A stretch of 64,000 nucleotides of DNA, taken from contig SMSO01000035.1 of the NCBI GenBank assembly GCA_004764695.1, positions 2,728,001 through 2,792,000 of the forward strand, written 5' to 3'. Each line of letters begins with the position of its first letter. The stretch's first letter is position 1. Below the pieces are notes generated by a model that had not been told where the DNA came from, searched no databases, and saw only the letters and a list, made by a program, of their open reading frames with translations. This DNA is from Schizochytrium sp. TIO01 (taxonomy: Eukaryota > Protista > Bigyra: Labyrinthulomycetes). Position numbers and translations under genes: made by a program. Below, piece after piece: positions 24,388 through 34,071 of the stretch.

Positions 24388-26049
24388 ATGATGGCAGAGA
24401 ATCGCTATATCTCACCGGTTAATCTAGCATGCAAATTGTTATTGATTCTACTGAGTTTGCAACCTTTGGTAAAGGTACAAGGCGAAGTGGCTGAGAATGG
24501 CACGTTTTTTGAAGGCGACATTGTTCCTGATTACGTCAGTATCGCGAAAGCGTATGGCTATGATCTTGCAAACCAGCTTGTCACAGATGGTGTCATGGCA
24601 AGCCCTTCTGATGACGAAAGAGTACTAGCTGCAATCGAGGATGACAGTAGATTATGGCCGGCTTCAAATGGCGTAGTAACTATTCCTATTCGCTTTGAGC
24701 CAGGCGACTTTACCACCTACGCAGAATCATTGGCAAGGCAGTATCTTACAGAACTTGCCGATGAGTCTGGATTTCTCGAATTCGTCAACCGCACCACAGA
24801 GACCGATTATGTGAATGTCATCAATGGAAATGGATGCTGGAGTTACGTTGGCAGAATTGGCGGTGCCCAGAACCTTAGTATTAGCTACTCGGGTTGTTTT
24901 AGAACGGGAACGGTTCAGCATGAGTTTCTTCATGCTTTGGGCTTTTGGCATGAACAGTCGCGCCCTGATCGTGACACGTATGTTGAAATTATTTGGGATA
25001 ACATTACTTCCGGATATTCCTCGAACTTTGCCAAACAAGAATCGCGCTCTCTTGGTGCGCCATATGACTACGGTTCTGTAATGCATTACGGCCCTACTGC
25101 TTTTGGTATAGATGGTGATATTACAATTGTAGCACTTCAAGACGGCGCAGAAAACATGGGCCAGCGCGATGGTTTGAGTAATGATGACCTACTCCAGCTG
25201 CAGTTGCTTTATGACTATTCTGGAGTTACGGCATATCCCTCCGAGAGTCCGACTTCTGCACCAACTAGCCCGACTTCTGCACCAACCAGCCCGACTTCTG
25301 CACCAATCAGCCCAACAGTTCCGCCTAGCACGGCAGCTCCAGTGACAAATCCGACGACCCCATCAGGCACTGCGTCTCCAGTGGTCGGGCCAACCCCTTT
25401 GCCCACTCCGCAGCCTGTTTCCACTGAGAGTCCCACTACGATGGCCCCTACAACTCGCTCACCAACAAAGGCACCGACAGAACCTGTTTGCTCTGATGAA
25501 GATGTTGTTGTGTGGAGCGAGGAAGAGCTAACGCAAGTCCTAGATCTTGCAGAACTACAAGATTGTGCTGGAAATTGTACATCAGGCGACACCGATTGCG
25601 TGACAGTCTGCATGAGTGCAATTTATACTGTGTCATGTGCGGCTTGCTTTGGGGACTATGTGAGCTGTCTTGAGGATACTTGCGAGTGCCACTTGAGCAG
25701 TTCGGACCTGTGTGAGTCTTGTGATGACGAGTCAATATGTGAGAGTGCTTTTGAAAACTGCACCTATGATGTGTTGCAGGTAACAAAAGACTCTAATGTG
25801 ACTGGCGACGCCGAAAACACTGGCTTAAGCACTAAAACAATCATCATTATTGCCGCCAGTGCAGGTGGTGGAATTGCCCTAATTGCCGCTGCATCTCTCC
25901 TCTTTGTAGCATTGCGCCATCGCCGGCATCGTGTGCGGGAATCTGACGACTTTGACTTTTCTGGTCAAGCTGCCACCAGACCAGGAGACCCTGCTCCAAA
26001 GGTGCTCATCAACCCAATGTATGATCCTAAGAACGGATATCAATTCTAA
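24388..26049 (+). CDS. Astacin (M12A) zinc metalloprotease, tandem paralog with short cytoplasmic tail
   Basis: FEGDI, HEFLHALGFWHEQSRPDRD, SVMHY, PT stalk, Cys-rich domain, and TM followed by RHRRHR. Confidence 0.93.
   Translation: MMAENRYISPVNLACKLLLILLSLQPLVKVQGEVAENGTFFEGDIVPDYVSIAKAYGYDLANQLVTDGVMASPSDDERVLAAIEDDSRLWPASNGVVTIPIRFEPGDFTTYAESLARQYLTELADESGFLEFVNRTTETDYVNVINGNGCWSYVGRIGGAQNLSISYSGCFRTGTVQHEFLHALGFWHEQSRPDRDTYVEIIWDNITSGYSSNFAKQESRSLGAPYDYGSVMHYGPTAFGIDGDITIVALQDGAENMGQRDGLSNDDLLQLQLLYDYSGVTAYPSESPTSAPTSPTSAPTSPTSAPISPTVPPSTAAPVTNPTTPSGTASPVVGPTPLPTPQPVSTESPTTMAPTTRSPTKAPTEPVCSDEDVVVWSEEELTQVLDLAELQDCAGNCTSGDTDCVTVCMSAIYTVSCAACFGDYVSCLEDTCECHLSSSDLCESCDDESICESAFENCTYDVLQVTKDSNVTGDAENTGLSTKTIIIIAASAGGGIALIAAASLLFVALRHRRHRVRESDDFDFSGQAATRPGDPAPKVLINPMYDPKNGYQF
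25249..25311 (+). repeat. Coding 21-bp tandem repeat x3 (PTSAP[T/I]S)
   Basis: ccgacttctgcaccaa(ct/cc/tc)agc occurs three times in tandem. Confidence 0.9.
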
Positions 26050-27464
26050 AATGTTTTCAATTTAGATCATAGTGAGGATTAAGTACTGTACGAATACTAG
26101 TGCTGTATTGGTGTTAAAGCAGCATTATAGACTAAACTAAACGAATCTCGAAAGGGGTGCATGTGGTGTTTTTGTTTAAATGTAGCACTGAGCAAAATGA
26201 TGTTATTAAAAAATGTGTTTCAAAGTTTTGGTTTTTTAACTATATAAAGCTTGCATTAACTTTCACCACAAACAAATCTTGATACATGCACGGAGGAACG
26301 AAACATAAATTGTTTGTGAAGGACAATGAACAGTTTCTTCAATTTTTCCATAGTCTCAAGTTGTGGTTGCTGGGAACGAAGACATTTCGATTGTTCAATC
26401 CTCACTGACTAGCATATAAAAGAGTTTGCTTAGCGACAAACTGAGAAGATTTGGTCAGAACCTACAGACCTAGTTTGAACATGAAGAGGTGATCGGCAGC
26501 ATCAAAGACGAGAACATTGTCACAAAGGCGTAGAACTGGAAGCAGTTCTAAACCATCATGACATTTGGGCAAACATTCATGTTAATGTTATACATGAACA
26601 CAATTCATGATTTAAAGTTTGCAATGAATTCGTAATTTATGATAAGTAAGTGAAAGCAAGTCAATTCTGATTTGAAATAACTTGCTGGAGAATATATTCG
26701 CTGCCTTTGTTTAAACGTAAAGGCACTAACGTAATACTGTAAAGTCACACAGCGAATGTGTGAAGAGAAGAAAAGGTTCAGTGCCTACATAGATAAAAGG
26801 AAGGAAAACTATTTTTATGTAGTAATGAGCAAAAAATATGATGTTGAGTGTGTTGTTGTATATTAAGATTGCTGGGTAAAGGGGGGGGGGGAGGGAGGCG
26901 TTGGTACAGGATAAGAAAAGAGAAAAAGAGAATGCATATATTAGAACCAGTCCAGGGGGTAAGAGAACACGACCTGCGGTGTATGAAAAGGGGTTTTTAA
27001 GCTGTCTCAGAAAGTTTCTCTTTTTCCCTTTTCTATTCTCTACAAATGCTAGAAGTCTTCCCTAACCCACCCAGTCCTTGTACATTTAGATGTATTTGCA
27101 AACGAAATTTGGTCCAACTTTAGCAAGAGAACCGAGTCGTTGTCATTTTCGGAGCAGTCAGCGAGGCCAGGGCCAATCGCAAATTCGCACGCGCTGCCTC
27201 TGCGTGGAACAACGTATATGTATAAACCCAGGGGAGAACTGTGAACGAATATAACCGAACGATGATGGTGAAACAAACAGCAGAGCCGAGCATCGTGTTT
27301 AAGGAGTTGCAAAATGTCAAGCGAATTTTAAAGATCAAGGACCTGCGAGAGCATTTCGCATTGCCTAGCTAAAAGTTAAGCTGTGCATGGATTTCATTTT
27401 TCACTTTTTGTTTACGAATGAACACTCGCCAAGTTCACCTCAAACTCATGTTCGTGAAGCCAGC

Positions 27465-27842
27465 TTAGACAGTCTTGCGGTCAGTCATGGCGCGGATGAT
27501 AGGACCATGGCCAGCGATGTTGACAGTGTGGGCATGCCATTTGAGGAGGACGCCACAGTAGCGACCATCGGCGAGGCCTTTGTAGATGTACTTCATGAGG
27601 TTGTCGCAGAGGTCTGTGGATCCGTTGTCAAAGAGCGCTTGCACGATCTTCTCCACCTCACCGTCTGGGGGCGATGAGATGGCCTTAAGAACGGTAGCGG
27701 TGTTCATATCCTTCACAGACTCGTCCTTGCTGCCGAAGGGAGGATCCTGCAAAGCCACAGTGATGGCCTCAGCGTAGCTGCGCCGAGACAGAAGAGAATC
27801 CACCTCGCGCTGTCTATCCGCAACGGCGCTGGCCTCCGACAT
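27465..27842 (-). CDS. ARPC5: Arp2/3 complex subunit 5 (p16-Arc)
   Basis: ALQDPP..SKDESVKD, DNLMKYIYKGL, LLKWH and G.IIRAMTDRKTV C-terminus. Confidence 0.93.
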   Translation of the reverse strand: MSEASAVADRQREVDSLLSRRSYAEAITVALQDPPFGSKDESVKDMNTATVLKAISSPPDGEVEKIVQALFDNGSTDLCDNLMKYIYKGLADGRYCGVLLKWHAHTVNIAGHGPIIRAMTDRKTV

Positions 27843-30124
27843 GGTACTGATGCTTGTGTAGCGGTCTCAAGGGTGAGCTTGCGTCAAGCCTTGCGATGAG
27901 CAACGGCGCTGTGACCGACGAGGACGATTCGCGAGAGGATCAGGCAAACAGAGATTGATTTGGTTTGATTTGATTTGATTACTATGATTTTCATGCTTAG
28001 TCTACATAGCGTTAACGATAGGAGTATCTATTCACAGATACAATCATTGAAGGTATTGCTACGTAAGTAGTACTATGCTTTACATAGCGAAGGAGTGAAT
28101 TATTTTACACAACAAAGGTTGAAAAGGTTGAAAATTATCTTCTGTCTTCCTTTTTTTATCATTATTCCGATGAATAACACACATCATGATAAGTCGTATT
28201 TATGTTTACATGGAAAGGCTATCTTGGCTTCTAAAACCTCTTCTTATTTTGAAGATCGAATTGCCTTCAGATATTGATCAGAAGTCGGAGGGTTGCTGTC
28301 CCGTAGAGCAGGCAGCAAGGAGACTTCCTGTGGTGCTGTTCTTCAGTAGATGACTGACTTGCTTGAAATCCATTGAACATGGATTTTAGGATGGCTGAAG
28401 GTCTGATTTTCACGATGACAAACGTATGAATGAAATATCAATCGTTTCGCATTGGCATTTAAGCTGATAACCTGAAGCGAGCGTGGGATTGATATCGACT
28501 TCGATACTCGGACTCGGACCGGAGACTTGCGTTAGAACTATATACGGGACGAGTTGAGAGGAGGAGATGTAGTGCTTTGCGGTGATTTTGTGGAGCAGAA
28601 CTGAAGACAGTGCCAGTGGCGGCATCTATGTATTGGCGTCAAGTCCTATAGTTTAGAGTAGTAAACACATAGCCAGCTGGCGAAGTTGTTTGTGAAAGAG
28701 TAGAATTAATCGATATCCTGTTGCTAGCTAGTTAACTTGGATTGGTGAGAGACATCGAGAGGAGGACAGCGGGAGTAGCGAAGGAGCGAGGGGAAAACGC
28801 TATCAACAGAGACGAACGAAGCCCTCGTGTGAGGGGTAAGATAGCAGACAGGAGAAGGATCCTTCCCTCGCGCAATTTTCACAAACAAGCGTCGGATAAT
28901 CATGATGCTCATTGTACCCCTCGATTGGTCAGGCGGTACGGTGTATTATGTATATATTAAAAATAGAGTGGGGGGCTTTATAGGAGTAGTCAAAGAGAAG
29001 GTGGTGTAAAGGGGTGTGCTTCTTTCTACTATGATATAAACAATGGTGACATTTGAGAAAGCATTTAAGAATGAGATGGTGTGGCATTGCGTTCCTTTGC
29101 GGTCTATCTCAATTTTTAATGGGTATGATTGTAAGCTATTTGAATTGTACCCCATGGAGGAGGCTAGAAGTAGAAAGTGCCATGATCACTGTGCTTCTGA
29201 TCAACTTGCCTAGCAGAATGTGGTTGCAGCAAAGCAGGACCTGGTCCAACCCGCATAATTGAGTTGGGCCATATCACTGGTCCTATAGATCTTCTATGTA
29301 TCTAGCTACTATTCCTCTGCATTTGAACAACCCAAATGTTGGAAGACTTATATTCAACAAAACGTGAAAGATCTTCATTTCCAAGGATTGAGAGGGCCAT
29401 ACACCTACAATACGTCTAAAAGTCATGCACCAGTGTATTGAAAGCTGTCTTCCTTTACGAGGCTGGAGTCGCTCTTTGATATGCTGTGCTGTTGGTATGC
29501 CGATAGTCCGCCTGCCGTCCTCCTAACCTTGTATGGCTGTCTATTACAGAGACGTTTGTCTTAAAATAGAGCAATGCAAATTTCCACGTTGGCATTTGCA
29601 AAAGTGATCCCCATCATGCCAAAGGAATTGGCCATAGTCGTGCAGACATGTGCCTCTATGTCGTTAGGAATCATCAATTCTGTGCCCATAATGACCACCT
29701 CGCACATGCACAAGGCTTCGCGCAACCAGCAGTTGCTGATTTGTTATTGAAACTTCAAGTGTACCACTTTCCCTTTCCCTCATATACATCTAAAATGGCA
29801 TTGAATCACCACCTTCCTGACCTTTGTAGGTACAAGGTGTCACCATGCATTCCAACAGCCAACCCGAAACCCGACTCCAGCCGATGCACGATTCGATTCC
29901 TCAGGCTGACCTCCGCCTTGCTACTCGACCATACTCGCCTTCCTCAATTCAGGTTTTGCAATCGATGTAGCGTACTTAATGAATGCATGAATGAATGTTC
30001 AAGTTCCAGCAGCTGGAAGAACTGAGCGACCTTAGGTGGGACCCTTGCGTTGATGTTCCATGCATGTGCAGTGTGCATCTAAGTCGGCACCAGCCGGACC
30101 ACGACGCGAGGGGCGATAAAGCGG

Positions 30125-30162
30125 TGTAAGGCCATGTAAGGCCATGTAAGGCCATGTAAGGC
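30125..30162. repeat. (TGTAAGGCCA) 10-bp tandem repeat, about 3.8 copies
   Basis: Read directly; about 420 bp upstream of the arrestin ATG. Confidence 0.9.
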
Positions 30163-30581
30163 TGCGAGCGTGAAGAGCTGAGGAAGAAGTTGAGTCATGC
30201 AATATGCAGGATGAGGATATAAACATGGGCATAATGCGTGTCAATAGGAGTCCGCGACGCGGATGCGAAGCAAATCCCATTTGCCGAACCTTGGTAACGG
30301 CTATCCTCTCAACAGAGACGAGAGAGGTCGTCGTGCGTACCTACCCACGTACCTGCATCATATCTGAAGAAGGAGCGTAAACTTAACGAGCACGTCCAAA
30401 CTGGCGCAAAAGCGAACTCAGACTTGCGAAACAATAGCAGTACCGGATTGCACTGGCCCAAGTGAAAGGGAGAGTATATTGAGACCTGTTGCTCAGGATA
30501 GCAATAGAGATTTCATTCCACTCTCAAAGGCTGACACCTCACTAGCTAGTGTAGCAACAAGAAAAGATCAAAGTCGCCGCC

Positions 30582-31664
30582 ATGGGCAAGGTCGGTAAAC
30601 TTCAAGTGGCTTTGGACAAGCCATACTACACGCCGGGCGAAGATGTTTCAGGCACCGTATACGTAGAGTTGCTGGAAAGCGTAGACGTGGACAAGATTTA
30701 TGTCAAAGTGAAGGGTAAGGAGAAGGTCAAGTGGACTGAGGAGTGGCAAGAGCCAATCTATGAAGAGGTCGATGGATTGCGCCAGCTGACAGGGCACAAC
30801 GAGGAAAGTGCGGAGTTTGACGAGAATGAGTCATTCTTTAAAAAGAAGATCAAGTTGACACCGCAAGGTGATATTGAGATGGGCCCGGGAAAATATGCTT
30901 TCCCCTTTTCGTTTACTCTGCCCTCGAAAGGCAAAAAAGGAGGACCGCTGGCTGGTAGCTGGGATATTGGCGAAGCCCACCATGGTGTATCGTGGTCAGG
31001 TGCGCGGGGTAGCTTGCCAAAGATGAAAGCGAAGGTAGAATATAGCTTGAAAGCAGTGGTCGATCTTGACGACAGCAAGGATCTCGAAAAGAAATTAGAC
31101 TTTTGCGTTTATCCTGGCCTTCCCAAAGCACTTCCTATTCCTTCTGATGAGCGTGAGGCATCTGTGATGTTCTGCTGCTGCATCAACCGCGGAAGTCTGA
31201 AAATGCAGGCTACCTTGGACAAGAATGTATACGCACCTGGAGAACAGGCATCTGCAGTACTCACTGTGGAGAACAACAGTTCCTTGGAAGTGACTGCCAT
31301 GGTGGAAATGAATCGTCGTATGAGGCTGGTCGCTGATGGACACCAAATTTTCAGCTCACAAGAGACTCACTTGGGGAGGTTTGATACGATTGAACCTGGT
31401 GAGACAAAGACTGTAAATATGTCCTTCGTCATTCCGGACACCCACCCAACAACCAAGTCACAACATGTTGAGTGCAATTACGTTCTCGACATTGTTTCTG
31501 AGCTGCAATGCGCTCCTGATATTGAGCTGCATTTCCCAGTGATTGTGTATCAACGTCCGATTGATCCCAGTGAGTGGCTTGAGGGGCTTGGGGATCTTGG
31601 CGAATACGCTGTAGCAGGCCAGGGTCACGTGGAAGACATGGTACCCAAGACGAGTTGTGCTTAA
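30582..31664 (+). CDS. Arrestin-fold protein (Arrestin_N + Arrestin_C, alpha-arrestin-like)
   Basis: YYTPGEDVSGTV, VKVKGKEKVKW, PGKYAFPFSFTLP, VEYSLKA, LDKNVYAPGE, VENNSS, VECNYVL. Confidence 0.88.
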   Translation: MGKVGKLQVALDKPYYTPGEDVSGTVYVELLESVDVDKIYVKVKGKEKVKWTEEWQEPIYEEVDGLRQLTGHNEESAEFDENESFFKKKIKLTPQGDIEMGPGKYAFPFSFTLPSKGKKGGPLAGSWDIGEAHHGVSWSGARGSLPKMKAKVEYSLKAVVDLDDSKDLEKKLDFCVYPGLPKALPIPSDEREASVMFCCCINRGSLKMQATLDKNVYAPGEQASAVLTVENNSSLEVTAMVEMNRRMRLVADGHQIFSSQETHLGRFDTIEPGETKTVNMSFVIPDTHPTTKSQHVECNYVLDIVSELQCAPDIELHFPVIVYQRPIDPSEWLEGLGDLGEYAVAGQGHVEDMVPKTSCA

Positions 31665-33550
31665 TTGTGGGGTGCCTCGTTTCGATCAGGATTGAAACTA
31701 CATTTTCAAATATAACAGTGTTTTATATAGCAGCGAAACGAAATGAATTAATTAGTAAGTGGATCATTGATCATAAAAATTAAAATTAAAAAACTTGAAG
31801 ATTCTTGCACGAATTACCACTAGCTCAAAAAAGACCCTTCTTCATAAACGTAATCATGTGTGATTTTCAATTTAAAAATTTAAAAATTAAAGTTAAAAAT
31901 CAAACCAACAAAGCATGGCCGATTTCGCATCTAATAAGAAAATGTGCGTCTTTTCGTAATAGATTGAAAAGGTACTTATGACGTTGTTCAGCATAAGCTC
32001 TATAATATACAGTTTCTAAGATGAAGAAGACAAAAGGCCATAAGTAATGTCTATGTAGAAGCTAGGGTCGCGATCTTCTCCTCTCAAGTACACTTCGCGA
32101 CAACACTCTCACTCCAGTACAGTCAGGGGCAACTCTTTGTTTTTGTTTTTGTTCTCATTTTTTAAACATAGCAAGCTTAAACAATTACTTATTGTCGTGA
32201 TATCACTCTCAGTAGTCACAGGTAATAAATTGAAAGCCTGTAAGTTGGATAAAATCTCAAGCGCAAACAATCATTCATTGACGTGGCGTAACGTGACTTT
32301 ACCAAAGGCGGCACGAACAGAAATACCTAGTGACAGCCAACGAGTGCTTATTTTTTACCCAAGTGTTTAATTTTTTACTTCTGACTAGTGCGAGTAAGTG
32401 ATAGCCAGTCCACCTTGGCAGGGATAACTTGTGTGTGGCTTGCGACGAATAGAGATTGATAGCAAGCCCAGGTACCTAGTCGTCAAGATAGTAGGTCCTT
32501 GGGCCCCTACTGTATAAGCAGTTGTGCGCCCAATCAATTCGTTGTCTCTGCACTTTTGAAGTCGCTATCACCAGAGAGAACACTAAGCAAAGTAGTATAA
32601 TTAGGTATTAGAGCTGGTAGGGCGCCACTATCTACCAATTACAGATGTCCCCTCTGCGAAGCGGTCGAAATTGCGACCTGCCGATCCGCGAATTCAAATT
32701 TGGTAGACGATAACAGTATCATTCTTGCGAAATTGGGAGTTGGGCTGCGGAAGAGCTATGCGTGGCTACGGAGGCAGGCTCTTCTGACAGAGAAAATTCA
32801 GAAAACCCTCACCAGAACTTGTGTGCGGCAGATCAAACTTGCACCGACTGTGCACGGAAGGATACCCTTTCTTTAACCCTTCAGCTCTGGTCTCGCTCCA
32901 GCTGCGAAACGAGGTCCACGCGCCAGCCAGACTGTTTATTTATTTGTTTGCTGTATGTATTTTTTGTTTCCGTGGCTCTTATCACTGCTATCACTGCGGT
33001 TCGAACAAGTGGAAGATTGCCTTCTGTCTCGCCCGCCTCCAAGAAGGAGGAAAGCGAAAAGCAGGTGTCTGAGTAGAGTTAGTAAGTTATAGAAGTTCGC
33101 TGCCTGCAACTTGTCTCTTTGCCTAATTATCTGCTTATCTACTTGTCTGCTTGTCCGCGTGTCTGCCTCGTTGAGCAAAGCAACAAGTGAGAAACAGCAA
33201 TTGCATTTTCAAATTGCAATTATCCCCTTCTTCCCACTGGATCTGTCGGATGCAAGAACCCACTCGAACGAGACGCGTCGGATTCATTCTTCGGTGCGCA
33301 CACCTCCGCCCTCCCCAAGAATCAGGAATTCCGAGTCACTACTACTGCTACGGCTATGTTTTGCTCTCCCTTGAGACCATTGATTGGATAAGACATCTTG
33401 ATGAAGCACCAGAACACTACTAGTTACCTACCTACTACCTGCAGACCTAAGAGACACCGGGAGCACGCAGCTTGAGCAGAAGAGCAAAGGCTAGCTCAAG
33501 CTTTTCTGACACTGTTTCCGAGCTCGAAGCTCCGCTTTGCTTTTCAAAAC

Positions 33551-33617
33551 AGCTCCGCTCAGCTCCGCTCAGCTCAGCTCAGCTCAGCTCAGCTCAGCTC
33601 AGCTCAGCTTTAGCTCA
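33551..33617. repeat. (GCTCA/GCTCC)n pentanucleotide microsatellite
   Basis: Read directly from the sequence. Confidence 0.9.
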
Positions 33618-34020
33618 GTCGCAGTCCGTCCTCTGCAGCCAATCTTATCAGCTTGACTCCAACACCTAATTACTACTATCGCCTTGAGGCCGGCGTATGG
33701 GGAGCTGGCCAAGATAAAAACCAGCTATGCGATGATCTCTGCGATTAAAGGCCAAAAAGCTCTGGAAAGTCAGCTCGGCACTGGATGCTAGCAGGTACTG
33801 ATTGATTTATTTGTTTGCAGGTTTGTACTTACTTATTTCCCTGGGTGGTATCTACTTGCTCAGCAGTGTGAAGATTGCGAAGGCAGTAAGCGCCCAATGC
33901 TCTTGGGCTGTTGGAATTTGAAGAAGAAGACGATGTCTGAGGTCCAAGTTCGCGAGCAAGCTCCCCAAAAGGGAAGATAGACCATGCGGAATCCGGATCG
34001 CTCGCAGACGCGTGCTCCCA

Positions 34021-34071
34021 TAGGTAGATAGATAGTTAGTTAGACAGATAGGTAGATACATAGATAGATAG
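34021..34071. repeat. Degenerate (TAGA/TAGG/TAGT)n microsatellite
   Basis: Read directly from the sequence. Confidence 0.85.

Noticed and set aside
26875-26898. G-run as a G-quadruplex element
   Set aside because: A single homopolymer with short flanking G tracts; its length is unreliable and there is no supporting context.
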